A stretch of 64,000 nucleotides of DNA from Acidobacteriota bacterium (lineage in GTDB: Bacteria; Acidobacteriota; UBA6911; RPQK01; CBDAPI01): assembly GCA_965214465.1 (NCBI GenBank), contig CBDCBX010000020.1, forward strand, positions 554,363-618,362. Reading direction: 5' to 3'. A model generated the notes under the pieces. That model was not told the DNA's origin. It saw only the letters and a list, made by a program, of their open reading frames with translations, and searched no databases. The position numbers and the translations under genes are program-made. Shown piece after piece: positions 39,516-49,938 of the stretch; position 1 is the first letter of the stretch, and each line of letters starts with the position of its first letter.

Positions 39516-40886
39516 CTACTCCGTGGAGATGCGGTAGAGACTGCTTCCCCTCAAGTAGATCTCGTCTCCGACAGCCGCCATGGAGGCATCGAAGCCGTCC
39601 TCCAGCGAGTTGGTGGCCAGCACCTCGGGCTCGGATCCTGCCTTGACGACGACGGTCTTGCCTGCTCTGTCGGTAACGTACACCCGGCCGCCCGCCCCCA
39701 CGGGAGAAGCATAGATGTTGCCCAGGCCTTCCAGACGCTGCTGATAATGGCGCTCGCCGGTGGTGGCGTCAAAAGCGGAAAGAATTCCGGTATTTCCCTT
39801 CAGCAAGTAGATGATTCCCCCGTAGAGCAGCGGAGAGGGAACGTAGGGAGTATCGCGATCAAGGCTCCAGAGGATCGCTTCAGAACCCGTAATGTCTCCC
39901 CTGGCCTGGGCCAGACGAACCGCCATCAGGGCGTTCCCACGAAAGCCGCTGGTCAGGTAGACAATCCCATCCTCAGACACGGGCGAGGGAATTGTATTGT
40001 TGGTCATGCCGGTCAATTCCCAGAGCAGCTTCCCGTCGGAAAGATCGTAGGTGCGCACCTTGCGGGTGGCGCTGGTCACCACCTGGGCAACGCCTTCGTG
40101 CTCGACGACCAGGGGCGTAGCCCAGGAGGTAATCTCATCCCGTTCTGCTCGCCACAGTTCCTCACCGGTTTCTTTGTCCAGGGCGACAATGAAAGACTCT
40201 CCCTCGTGGTCCCAGGGGATGACAATGGCCTGATTGTGGAGCACCGGGGAAGCGCCCTCTCCGAAACTGACCTTGATGGTCATCTTCCCAAAGGCCTTCT
40301 TCCATTTGACGTTCCCCTCAGTATCGAGACAGTAGAGCCCGCGGGACCCGAAAAAAGCGTAAATGTGTTCTCCATCCGTGACCGCCGAGCCCCCGGCGAA
40401 GGATCCCGTCTGGTGAATTCCTTCGTGAGGAACAACTTCCTCGACCGTTTTCTCCCACGCGATCTCGCCGGTCTGCCGGTCGATGGCCAGAACAACGAAA
40501 CGCAAATACTCGGTTGGCGGTGTCCTGTTCCTGTGGAATCCCCTTCGGCCGCGCCGGCCCGCCGGCTGGTCCCCCTGAGGTGAAGGTTCGGGTTCGGGCT
40601 GAGGCGGAGCTTCAATCTTGTTGCCGGTCGGAACTGCAGTCGTCAGGTAGATCCGATTCCCCCACAGGACCGGACTGCTGGAACCTTTTCCTGGAATCGC
40701 CACTTTCCAGCGGATGTTCTGATCTTCGCCCCACTCGACCGGAGGGCTTCCGGTGCCGGCGGCGCCGGTCGCATTCGGACCTCTCCACTGTGGCCATTGC
40801 TGATCGGTATCGGCCAGAGGGGGTCCGGCTAGCGCAACTGCTGTCAGCAAAAAGACTGTGGCCAGACACATCCACTTCACGTTCAT
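39516..40886 (-). CDS. secreted PQQ-like beta-propeller repeat protein
   Basis: Signal peptide. Repeated ...G.IY.....G.L.A.D..TG...W blades typical of PQQ/BamB-like propellers. Confidence 0.7.
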   Translation of the reverse strand: MNVKWMCLATVFLLTAVALAGPPLADTDQQWPQWRGPNATGAAGTGSPPVEWGEDQNIRWKVAIPGKGSSSPVLWGNRIYLTTAVPTGNKIEAPPQPEPEPSPQGDQPAGRRGRRGFHRNRTPPTEYLRFVVLAIDRQTGEIAWEKTVEEVVPHEGIHQTGSFAGGSAVTDGEHIYAFFGSRGLYCLDTEGNVKWKKAFGKMTIKVSFGEGASPVLHNQAIVIPWDHEGESFIVALDKETGEELWRAERDEITSWATPLVVEHEGVAQVVTSATRKVRTYDLSDGKLLWELTGMTNNTIPSPVSEDGIVYLTSGFRGNALMAVRLAQARGDITGSEAILWSLDRDTPYVPSPLLYGGIIYLLKGNTGILSAFDATTGERHYQQRLEGLGNIYASPVGAGGRVYVTDRAGKTVVVKAGSEPEVLATNSLEDGFDASMAAVGDEIYLRGSSLYRISTE

Positions 40887-41136
40887 ATAGAAATCTCCCT
40901 GTTGGTCAGTCTAGACATGCGGAATCTATCAGACCATCTTACGCCAGTCTGACCTTCGGGGTTACAGGCTGGTGGACTCGCCAGATCTAATCAGAACCGG
41001 GGGCGTTAGGCCGCGGCTACCACTCGGCCCTCGCTACCACTCGGCCCTCGCTAGCGCTCGGGTTCTGATTCAATGGGAGTGAACGCCCTTTGACACTCTT
41101 GCTGGATTTCGGCACCATTCCAGGCGAGGAGCAGGT

Positions 41137-42192
41137 TTGAATTCACTCAGAGACCCCATAGGTCAGCTTCCGCTTGCCCTGCGGGGACTGTGCCTCGCAA
41201 CCCTGATTCTGCTGGCAGCTCCGGGATCCTCGGGTGCCCAGACCAGACAGGTTGAAGGGTCTCTCTCCTCAGGAGCTCGGCTTTTTCGAGATCACTGCCA
41301 GCGCTGTCACAATCCGGAGCTTCGGAACTCGGGACTGGACCTCTCCTCGAGAGAATCAGCCCTGGTCGGCGGCAAGCAGGGTCCGGCTCTCCATCTCGAC
41401 CAACCAGAAGAAAGCCCTGTCTTCAAGAAAACCGCCTCCGGGGAGATGCCTTTTGATGTCAGACTGCCGGAGACGGAAAAACTGCAGCTTCTGGAGTGGC
41501 TCGCATCCGCTGCACCCTGGCCGCAGTATGCGGCGGATGGACCTGCTCTGCCCGACGACGAAGTGCACCGGAATGTCCGAGAGGGAAATACAACCTCCAG
41601 CCAATTTACGGAAGGCAAAGACGAACAGCACTGGGCGTTTGCCCGGACTGAGAAACCGCGTGTACCCGGAGTCGAGGCTGGGAATACACACCCGATTGAC
41701 GCCTTTCTCCTCACTCAGCAGGAAAAGCTGGGGCTCACACCAGTGGGAGAGGCGGACCGCCAAATACTTGTCCGTGGAGATCCACCCGGATGCCCTGGCC
41801 ACAGCTACGAACCTGGATGTCGCCAGCTGGCCGGCCGACATCGTCGACAACCCGGACACCTGGCGGATTCCACTCTGGTAGTGTGGGGAGGAGAATTTGG
41901 TCGGCTCCCCATCAGCCAGCGTTCGGAGTTCGGGACCCAGGGACGCGACCACAACCCGCGGGGGTTCTGCATGTGGATGGCCGGGGGCGGTATCAAGGGT
42001 GGAGTCAGCTACGGTGCCACCGACGAGATCGGCTGGAAGGCTGTGGAGGGTCGAGTCTCAGTCAATGACCTGCACGCCACGATTCTGCACCTGATGGGGC
42101 TGGATCACGAACGCCTTACCTACAGTCACAACGGGCGGCCCTTCCGCCTGACCGATGTGGCCGGCAGGCTGATCCATCCGATTCTGGCTTAA
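41137..42192 (+). pseudogene. chimeric PSCyt1 (CxxCH) plus DUF1549 N-terminus fused to DUF1501 C-terminus (internal deletion derivative)
   Basis: Signal peptide. CQRCH heme-binding motif. DUF1549-like [12 protein letters not shown]...HPIDAFL. Then abruptly the DUF1501 C-terminus [11 protein letters not shown]...[14 protein letters not shown].... Confidence 0.5.
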
Positions 42193-42839
42193 CCTCCAAG
42201 ACTCTCGAGCCGCTTTTCAAAGTAACCGCGCCAGCTCGGGGGCAGGGCCTCAGTCTCGATGGCCTTGCGCAGGAGCTCCCGGTTCTCCCGCTCGGTTGTA
42301 TAAAGGCTCGTCACTTCCCGAACTCGAAGATCGGAGTCGGGGCTCTTCTCCAGGAGCTCGATCGTATCTCCTGCCGCTACCCGACCTTCCTCTTCAACGC
42401 CAAAGTAAAAACCGGTCCTCTGACTCTGCAGAAAGCGCTTGATCATCTTGGGATCACCGAAACGGAGCCCCAGCTTGAAACAGGGCATACGCGGTTCGGT
42501 GACGACCAGTTGGGCCGTGCCCACCCGAAACCGATCCCCGATCGAAACCGACTCTTCGTCCAGGCCTTCCGTCGTCAGGTTCTCGCCAAACCGACCCCAC
42601 TCGAATACCGTGCCGGGCAGTTCCCCGCGCCAGAACTCATAGTGCTCGGAAGGATAGGCGTAGACGACCTTGGTGGGACCGCCGTGAACCGTCAGATCAG
42701 CCTGCCGGTCTCCGTCCAGATTGAGCCGGGCAACTCGCACCGGTCCTTCCACGGGCTCCTTGAAGATGCCCGTGGAGATCGTTCGCCCCTGCCAGTAGAC
42801 ATCTCGGGGCAAGCCGACATTGACCGAAACGATACGCAT
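42189..42839 (-). CDS. MOSC-domain protein (YiiM-like)
   Basis: 216 aa. [12 protein letters not shown]...[12 protein letters not shown]...PCFKL motifs. Confidence 0.8.
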   Translation of the reverse strand: MRIVSVNVGLPRDVYWQGRTISTGIFKEPVEGPVRVARLNLDGDRQADLTVHGGPTKVVYAYPSEHYEFWRGELPGTVFEWGRFGENLTTEGLDEESVSIGDRFRVGTAQLVVTEPRMPCFKLGLRFGDPKMIKRFLQSQRTGFYFGVEEEGRVAAGDTIELLEKSPDSDLRVREVTSLYTTERENRELLRKAIETEALPPSWRGYFEKRLESLGG

Positions 42840-43229
42840 CGGTATCTATTCTTGGCCATCTCGCCTGGGTGTGCAAACCGCTTGTCGCTACCGCGCAGGC
42901 ATACAGCATCGAAAACCATCGACCAAGGGCTTTTTATTGGGGACTCAGAGGGGATCACGATCACTCCAGATGGAGAGCTGGTCTATGTGCAAACACCAAA
43001 GAATCAGGCTCGGCTCTGCTCGGCGCGCTTGTTGGCTGGGGCGATCTCTTCAGGCTCTGTCCTGGCCGGCGGCAAGGGCGGCAAGCCAGACAAGGGAACA
43101 CCAGCCAGCTTCACCGTCCTCTTCAGCGGCGAGGTCTCGAGCAGCAATCTCCTGGGAGATTGCTCGGGGAACCGCATAACTAACAGATCGAACAAGATCG
43201 GGCAACTTCGTCGACACCGCTCTAGCGGT

Positions 43230-43272
43230 CTGAAGTCTGAAAACCTATTTGCACCACGGGCTGCTAGGCGTG
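43230..43272 (+). repeat. solo copy of the IS5/IS1182-like right terminal sequence
   Basis: CGGTCTGAAGTCTGAAAACCTATTTGCACCACGGGCTGCTAGG is identical to 26891-26933. No transposase adjacent. Confidence 0.55.
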
Positions 43273-43448
43273 GCGAGAGTCGATGGCGCCCCCACTTGCC
43301 CGGACCTCCTCGAGGAAGAAGGATCACCGACACTGAATCCGACCGCGTGGCGGCTGCCAAGCAGTCACTAGCAGTTCGCTCGATTTCACCCCCCCCTTCT
43401 GTCATATAATCCCTCCGAATTATCTATACATGCCTGAGGGATCGATCT

Positions 43449-44756
43449 ATGAACAAGGAATATGACGTCATCATCATTGGAGCCGGTATTATCGGGTGTT
43501 CGACCGCCTTCGAGCTGTCCAAGAAAGGCCACCGGACTCTGAACATCGACAAGAATCCTGTGGCCGGTTACGGGTCCACCAGTAATTCCTGCGCCATTGT
43601 CAGAGCTCACTACTCCACCTACGAAGGTGTGGCCATGGCCTACGAGAACTTCTACTATTGGCAGAACTGGGAGAAGTACCTGGACGCTGAAGATGAGAGC
43701 GGGTACTCCCAGTTCCGTAACACAGGCACCATTCTGCTCAAGACCCGGGGACACGATTTCGAGAAGGTCCTGCGTCGATACAGAGAAGTGGGAGTCGAAT
43801 TCGAGGAGTGGGATCTGGCGGAACTGGAACAGAAGATGCCTCTTTTCGATCACCACTGTTTCTATCCTCCCCGGCGACCCAGTGATCCCAAGTTCTGGAT
43901 CAAGCCCGAGGAGCAGATTGACGGGGCGATCTTTACGCCTGGCTCCGGATACGTGAACGATCCCCAGCTGGCCACTCACAACCTGATGCGCGCCGCCGAA
44001 GCCAAAGGGGGCGAGTTCCTGTTCAACAGTGCGATCACGGCCATTCCGCGCAGCAAGGGCCGAGTGCAGGGCGTTGTGCTTGCCGACGGCACCCGAATTG
44101 AGGCTCCCGTCGTGGTTAATGTGTCCGGACCCCATTCCTTTGTCATCAATCGGATGGCCGGTGTGGAAGAGGGCATGAACATCAAGACCAGAGCGTTGCG
44201 CCACGAGGTTCACCATGTCCATTCTCCCGAGGGCTTTGATTTTCAAAAAGACGGCTATCACACCTCCGACGGCGACACGGCCATCTACTTCCGTCCCGAA
44301 ACCGGCAACTCGATTCTGGTAGGCAGTGAGGATCCGGAATGCGACGAGAAGGTCTGGGTGGAAGACCCGGATGACTTCGATCGGAATGTTAGCCCGGAGC
44401 AGTGGGAAGCTCAGGTGTACCGGCTGGCAAAACGCATTCCCTCGCTACGGATTCCCAACCGGCCCAAGGGACTGGTGGATCTTTACGATGTCTCGGACGA
44501 CTGGATTCCCCTTTACGACAAATCCGACCTGAAGGGCTTTTACATGGCCGTCGGGACCAGCGGTAACCAGTTCAAGAACGCCTCGGTGGTGGGTGTGCTG
44601 ATGAGAGACCTGATCGAGGCCTGCGAAAACGGGCGGGATCACGATGCCGACCCGGTACAGGTGGAGCTGGAGCATACCGGGCTGACCCTCAATTCCGGTT
44701 TTTACTCCCGACTCCGTGAGATCAATCGGGATAGTAGTTTTTCGGTGAACGGGTGA
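43449..44756 (+). CDS. FAD-dependent oxidoreductase (DAO family; sarcosine-oxidase-beta/glycine-oxidase-like)
   Basis: N-terminal DVIIIGAGIIGCSTAFELSKKG Rossmann motif. 435 aa. Confidence 0.75.
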   Translation: MNKEYDVIIIGAGIIGCSTAFELSKKGHRTLNIDKNPVAGYGSTSNSCAIVRAHYSTYEGVAMAYENFYYWQNWEKYLDAEDESGYSQFRNTGTILLKTRGHDFEKVLRRYREVGVEFEEWDLAELEQKMPLFDHHCFYPPRRPSDPKFWIKPEEQIDGAIFTPGSGYVNDPQLATHNLMRAAEAKGGEFLFNSAITAIPRSKGRVQGVVLADGTRIEAPVVVNVSGPHSFVINRMAGVEEGMNIKTRALRHEVHHVHSPEGFDFQKDGYHTSDGDTAIYFRPETGNSILVGSEDPECDEKVWVEDPDDFDRNVSPEQWEAQVYRLAKRIPSLRIPNRPKGLVDLYDVSDDWIPLYDKSDLKGFYMAVGTSGNQFKNASVVGVLMRDLIEACENGRDHDADPVQVELEHTGLTLNSGFYSRLREINRDSSFSVNG

Positions 44757-44762
44757 ATCTTG

Positions 44763-44790
44763 AATTCCAGATTCCAGATTCCAGATTCCA
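44763..44790. repeat. heptanucleotide microsatellite (ATTCCAG)x4, followed by GCTGAC-type repeats to about 44855
   Basis: Direct reading of the intergenic sequence. Confidence 0.6.
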
Positions 44791-45015
44791 AATCGGGGAG
44801 AGAGCCAGGAGCTGACGGGCTGACGGCTGACAAACTGAGCTGACACCTATCTGGAAGAACCGGGGCTGCCAGGCCGGGGCGGGGAGTGTGGAGTCAGGCT
44901 ACCCGGGCCGCCCGGGAGGCGGGGGGACCTTGGAACCTGGAATCTCCCCACGATCCCGGGTATAAACAACCTGTCCCTTTCTTCAATCAGTAATGTCTTG
45001 GAAAGTGAGGAAGTG

Positions 45016-48000
45016 ATGAACCTCAAGAGTTGGTTCTTCCGTGTGGGAAAGCTTCTGCCTGCCGGGGCAGTTCTTTCCCTTGTCACCACGGCACCGACCT
45101 CGGCCCAGCAGGCGAAGTATCTGGACCATCGGGTCGATCCGACCTGGGATGTCACCCGGGCCCGCGGGGAGACGTACGACCTCGACTTCACGACGGAAGA
45201 GGGAACCTGGATGTCAGTCGACATCTCTCCGGACGGAAACTGGGTGGTCTTCGATCTGCTGGGTCACATCTATCGAGTCCCAGCCGGTGGAGGGAACGCT
45301 GAAACCCTGACTGAGGGTAGCGGCATCGCTCTCAATTTCCACCCCCGCTACTCTCCCAACGGACTCCAAATCGCTTTCATCTCGGATCGGACCGGTCAGA
45401 ACAACCTGTGGACGATGGATGCTGACGGGTCCAATCCCGAGCCGGTATTTCTGGATCCGGTCAGCCGTCTCACCGGTCCTGTCTGGATGCCCGATGGAAA
45501 ATCGATCATTGCGGTTCGCGAATTTCCCACCTACGCACTGCATCGGCGATCAGCACGGATCTGGCGCTTCCCGGTGAAGAGCCGCAGCCTCGATCCTGAA
45601 GCTCTGCTGGGTGAGCCCTCCGGAACCCAGGCCTACTGGCCGACCGTATCCCCCGACGGCTCGGCTATCTATTTCCAGTCCAACACCTTCGCGGAACCTG
45701 TACACGGGATGATGCGGTATCAGCACATCCGCCGCCTCGATCTCGGGACTCGTACCGTCGTCAGCACAACTGCGGGTGCAGGAGCCCAGGTGTACCGTGC
45801 CGAGGGAAGCACGGAGATGGCACCCGAGATCTCGCCGGACGGACGGCTGCTGGCCTTTGCTCGCAGAATTCCAGGCGGCCTCCTCGAGTACCGGGGACAT
45901 CGGCACCGCGGGCGAACGGCCCTGTGGCTGCTCGATCTGGAGACGGGCAGGCAGCGGATTCTGATGGATCCGATCACCTTCGACATGCAGAACGCCCACG
46001 GTATGAAAAACCTGCGGGTTCTCCCTGGCTACGCCTGGTCCAAAGATTCGCAGTCGCTGGTGCTCTCCCAGGGCGGCAAGCTGCGGCGCGTGTGGCTGGA
46101 TGGTCGCGTGGAGACGATTCCCTTCCGGGCCCGGGTACATCGCACTTTGACAGAGCAGACCCGCTCCCGCCACGACATTTCCGATGAGCCTTTCCGTTCC
46201 CGCCACATCCGCTGGCCTGCCGTGACACCCGACGGCAAGACGGCTGTCTTTGAGGCCGTGGGTTGGATCTGGCGGATGGAACTGCCATCGGGCACGCCCC
46301 GGAAACTGGCCGATCAGGGGGAGAACCTGTTTCAGTTCATGCCCGAAATATCCCCCGACGGACAACACGTCACTTTTGTGTCCTGGAATGACCACACGCT
46401 GGGACACCTCTGGCGAGTCCCCATCGACGGTGGAGTCCCTCAGCACCTGACAGCACAGGCGGCAGAGTATCTGTTTCCGACCTGGACTCCGGACTCTCGA
46501 TCCGTGGTCGTTTTCGGCTCTCAAGAAGTGGATCCGGCTGCGCTGGCGGGAGGAGCTCCGGCGCACTACCGGCGGGTTCTGCTGGACGCGGTGACAGGAG
46601 AGTCCAGGATTCTACAGCAGCGGGCCCGGCCGCAGTCGGCCCGTTTTGGACCCGATGGGAGGATTTATTATCTGGTGAGCTACGGCGCAGGCGATGTCCA
46701 GAGTCCGCTGGCCCAGGGCAAGCCGGTTCCGGATCGGTATTCGGACCTGGTCTCGATTGATGCGAAAAAGGAAGGCGATCCACAGCACCACCTGCGTTTC
46801 CCGGCGGCCCGGGAAGCGGTTGTCTCGCCCGCAGGCGACTGGGTCGCCTATCGGGAGAATTTCGACATCTGGCTGGCGCCTCTGCATCGAACTACGGCGG
46901 TCTATCACTCGGAGACACCACTGGTCTGGGAAGGACCCGAGAAACCCTACGAGACCATTAAGGAAGATCCGCGGGCTGGAATCCGTCGTTTGAGCACCGG
47001 CGGGGGAGCCTATGTCCGCTGGCGGGACGACCACACGGTGCAATTCTCCAGTGCCGATCAGATTCACCTCTACGACACCCGAACCCGGAACACCAGGATT
47101 GTGGACGTGGAGGTCCGGATCCCCCGGCCGGTTCCAGCGGGATCCATCGCTCTGCGGGGCGCCCGGATTGTCACTCTCCACAACCGACAGGTGATCGAGA
47201 ATGGCACGATTGTGGTCAAAGGCGCGCGCATCGAGTGCGTGGGAGCCTGCGACCTCTCGTCGATCGACTACGTTGTGCCCCTGGATGGAAAAACCATCAT
47301 CCCCGGGTTCGTGGACGTCCACGGTCATCAGGGCCTGGGTGGACCACTCCCGATCATTCCTCAGCACCTGCCCTCGACCTCATTCTTTCTGGCCTACGGT
47401 GTCACCACCACACTGGATCCCTCCACCAGCAGCTTTGCCTACTTCCCCGTTGCTGAGCTGGTTCGAGCCGGGCGCATGGTGGGACCAAGGATGTATGCCA
47501 CCGGCGAAGTGCTGCTGCCCCAGGCTCCTCTGACGGGGCCGCCCAATTATGCGGAGGCCGAGCATCTGGTACGCCGGATCGCGACCCAGGGTGGAATCTC
47601 AGTCAAGATCTATCTGACCCCTCGCCGGGATCAGCGGCAGATGATCTCTGAGGCGGCCAGAAAGTTCGGGCTTTCCGTAACCAACGAAGGAGCCGACCTC
47701 TACCACAATGTGGGAGCGATACTGGACGGGAACACCGGCTTCGAGCACCCGCTTCACTACCTGCCCATGTGGGACGATGCGATTCAGTTTTTTGCCCGAA
47801 CCAGAGCCGTTTATTCTCCCACCCTGATCGTGGCCAGCGCGGGGCCCTGGTTGGAAGAGTACTACCAGTCCCGCAGCGATCTGTGGAACGACGAGAAGCA
47901 GCGCCGTTTCATGCCCTGGCGAAATCTGGCCAGACGCATCAATCACGCGGTCAAACCGAAGACGGAATATCCATTCCCCCTCATGATGGAGGCCGTTGCC

Positions 48001-48399
48001 GATCTCCTGCGTGCCGGTGGACAAGCGTCCATCGGAGGGCACGGAGAGCAGTGGGGTCTGGACTCTCACTGGGAAGTGTGGGGCTATGCGGAGGCGCTCG
48101 ACCCCATCGAGGCCCTGGAGATGGCCAGCCTCGGAGGGGCCTACATGGCCGGCCTGGAGGATGACCTGGGGTCCATCGAGACCGGAAAGCTGGCAGACCT
48201 GATCATCCTCAACTCGAATCCACTGGAAGCCATTGCGAATACCATCGATATTGCCTACGTCATGAAGGGCGGGAGACTCTTCAACGACGATACGCTGGAC
48301 GAAGTCTGGCCCAAAACGAGACCCTATGGAGTCCCCCCCTGGCTGGAAGAGGAGGTCTACCGAACCGATACACGATCGGTCAGCCATTGGGATCAATGA
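45016..48399 (+). CDS. large secreted protein: TolB/PD40-like beta-propeller repeats fused to a C-terminal metal-dependent amidohydrolase domain
   Basis: Signal peptide. Repeated ...SPDG...FVS.R.G..NLW... PD40 blades. C-terminal GFVDVHGHQ amidohydrolase metal motif. Start taken at MNLKSW. Confidence 0.7.
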   Translation: MNLKSWFFRVGKLLPAGAVLSLVTTAPTSAQQAKYLDHRVDPTWDVTRARGETYDLDFTTEEGTWMSVDISPDGNWVVFDLLGHIYRVPAGGGNAETLTEGSGIALNFHPRYSPNGLQIAFISDRTGQNNLWTMDADGSNPEPVFLDPVSRLTGPVWMPDGKSIIAVREFPTYALHRRSARIWRFPVKSRSLDPEALLGEPSGTQAYWPTVSPDGSAIYFQSNTFAEPVHGMMRYQHIRRLDLGTRTVVSTTAGAGAQVYRAEGSTEMAPEISPDGRLLAFARRIPGGLLEYRGHRHRGRTALWLLDLETGRQRILMDPITFDMQNAHGMKNLRVLPGYAWSKDSQSLVLSQGGKLRRVWLDGRVETIPFRARVHRTLTEQTRSRHDISDEPFRSRHIRWPAVTPDGKTAVFEAVGWIWRMELPSGTPRKLADQGENLFQFMPEISPDGQHVTFVSWNDHTLGHLWRVPIDGGVPQHLTAQAAEYLFPTWTPDSRSVVVFGSQEVDPAALAGGAPAHYRRVLLDAVTGESRILQQRARPQSARFGPDGRIYYLVSYGAGDVQSPLAQGKPVPDRYSDLVSIDAKKEGDPQHHLRFPAAREAVVSPAGDWVAYRENFDIWLAPLHRTTAVYHSETPLVWEGPEKPYETIKEDPRAGIRRLSTGGGAYVRWRDDHTVQFSSADQIHLYDTRTRNTRIVDVEVRIPRPVPAGSIALRGARIVTLHNRQVIENGTIVVKGARIECVGACDLSSIDYVVPLDGKTIIPGFVDVHGHQGLGGPLPIIPQHLPSTSFFLAYGVTTTLDPSTSSFAYFPVAELVRAGRMVGPRMYATGEVLLPQAPLTGPPNYAEAEHLVRRIATQGGISVKIYLTPRRDQRQMISEAARKFGLSVTNEGADLYHNVGAILDGNTGFEHPLHYLPMWDDAIQFFARTRAVYSPTLIVASAGPWLEEYYQSRSDLWNDEKQRRFMPWRNLARRINHAVKPKTEYPFPLMMEAVADLLRAGGQASIGGHGEQWGLDSHWEVWGYAEALDPIEALEMASLGGAYMAGLEDDLGSIETGKLADLIILNSNPLEAIANTIDIAYVMKGGRLFNDDTLDEVWPKTRPYGVPPWLEEEVYRTDTRSVSHWDQ

Positions 48400-48422
48400 G
48401 AGAGGGTTCTGGGGGAATAAGA

Positions 48423-48487
48423 TTCGTAGGGGCGACCCTCGTGGTCGCCCGCCGAAACGGGCCGGCACAAGACCGGCCCCTACGGTT
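48423..48487. repeat. REP-like two-hairpin extragenic element, copy B (inverted relative to 37982-38046)
   Basis: CGTAGGGGCGACCCTCGTGGTCGCCCGCCGAAACGGGCCGGCACAAGACCGGCCCCTACGG. Confidence 0.6.
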
Positions 48488-48555
48488 CTTGCCGTCCCGG
48501 GCAGACGTCTCGCTCCATACCGTGACCAAGTCCATGATGGAAGAGGGGTGAAAGC

Positions 48556-49851
48556 ATGAGCACAGTTAAACTGATTCAAATCGCCACTTTGATTCTGGCG
48601 CTCAATGTGGGGCTCACCGCAGGCAACTTTCGTGCCTCGGTCGTGAAGGTCGACATTACTCCCGACCCGGACACTCCTCACTGGCTGGCTGGGTACTTTG
48701 CCCGTCAGTCCACCGGTGTGCATGACCGCCTCTACCACCGGATCGTCGTCATGCACGACGGCGAGAAGCCTTTCGTTCTGGTCTCGACCGACGTCGTCGG
48801 ATTCTCTCCGGTCCTGTATGACGAGTTCGCTGAACAGCTAGAGAAGGAAACTGGAGTGGGCAGAGAACAGCTCTGGTGGACCGTGACCCACACTCACTCG
48901 GCACCCGAAGTGGGGCCTCCGGGACTGGGCCGGAGTTTCCTGGGGGAGCGCTACCAGCACGAGTGGGATCGCGAATACCAGAGGTTCCTGAGAGATTCCC
49001 TCTCCGCAGGGATCCGAGAAGCGCTGGCTGATTTAATCCCGGCCCGGCTGGCGGTGGGCTCGGGAATGTCCCTGGCCAACATCAACCGCCGGGCCCCCGG
49101 ACCCGACGGGACCGTCACTCTGGGACTGAATCCGGAAGGAGCCGTGGACCGCAAGATCGGCCTCCTTCGCCTGGAGCGCCCCGACGGGTCCCCAATCGCG
49201 CTGATTGCCAATTACGCGGTACACGGGACCTACTTGAGCGGGCGCAATCTGGAGATCAGCGGAGATGTACAGGGCGTTGTCGCATCCTATGTGGAGGATA
49301 AGCTGGGCGTCCCCATGCTGTTCATCAACGGGGCTGCAGGCAATCTTGCGCCGATTTACACTTTCAATTCTAATTTTGCTTATATCACCAAGTTCAACGT
49401 GTTGCTGGGAGATCGGATCCTGGATGTGAATCGGTCGATTCGTGCGGACGAGAGTGCAGAGATCGACTTCGAATTCGGTGAGATCATCGTCGAAACTCCC
49501 AAGTTCCCGAGCCTGAAATGGCCCGAAGACCATCATCGCTATCTTCGCACGACCGAGGACGGACAGGCACTGGTCCGCCTCCCGGTACGGTTCTTTAAGA
49601 TCAGAAGGGATATCGTTCTGTGGGCCGCGCCCCTGGAAATGTTCTGTGAATACGCCATCAAGATCCGGAATCTGTCGCCCTTTCCCAACACTTTCTATTT
49701 CGGCTATGCCAACGGGTGGCTCGGGTATCTTCCCACAGCCGTGTCCTACGGACAGGGAGGCTACGAGGTTCGAGTCACTCCCTACACGGAACAGGCGGAA
49801 ACCGACTTCACCGAGGCGGTAGTGGGGTATTTGCAGGGGATGCCGAGGTAG
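48556..49851 (+). CDS. neutral/alkaline ceramidase-like hydrolase
   Basis: Signal peptide. N-terminal region WLAGYFARQSTGVHDRLYHRIVVM...HTHSAPE resembles the Ceramidase_alk N-terminal domain. Confidence 0.65.
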   Translation: MSTVKLIQIATLILALNVGLTAGNFRASVVKVDITPDPDTPHWLAGYFARQSTGVHDRLYHRIVVMHDGEKPFVLVSTDVVGFSPVLYDEFAEQLEKETGVGREQLWWTVTHTHSAPEVGPPGLGRSFLGERYQHEWDREYQRFLRDSLSAGIREALADLIPARLAVGSGMSLANINRRAPGPDGTVTLGLNPEGAVDRKIGLLRLERPDGSPIALIANYAVHGTYLSGRNLEISGDVQGVVASYVEDKLGVPMLFINGAAGNLAPIYTFNSNFAYITKFNVLLGDRILDVNRSIRADESAEIDFEFGEIIVETPKFPSLKWPEDHHRYLRTTEDGQALVRLPVRFFKIRRDIVLWAAPLEMFCEYAIKIRNLSPFPNTFYFGYANGWLGYLPTAVSYGQGGYEVRVTPYTEQAETDFTEAVVGYLQGMPR

Positions 49852-49938
49852 GTTCTGGGTTCTGGGTTCTGGAAACTTTAGTTGCCTTCAGCCACCCCGG
49901 TACCCGACAATTGAACCGTCAACCAGGAGGTACTGTCG

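Noticed and set aside
42510-43409. 299-aa + strand ORF
   Set aside because: Its 5' half is antisense to the MOSC gene and the remainder runs through an IS-end relic. No protein-like features.
44763-44860. CRISPR array
   Set aside because: The repeats are 7-nt and 6-nt microsatellite units without spacers. No cas genes in the window.
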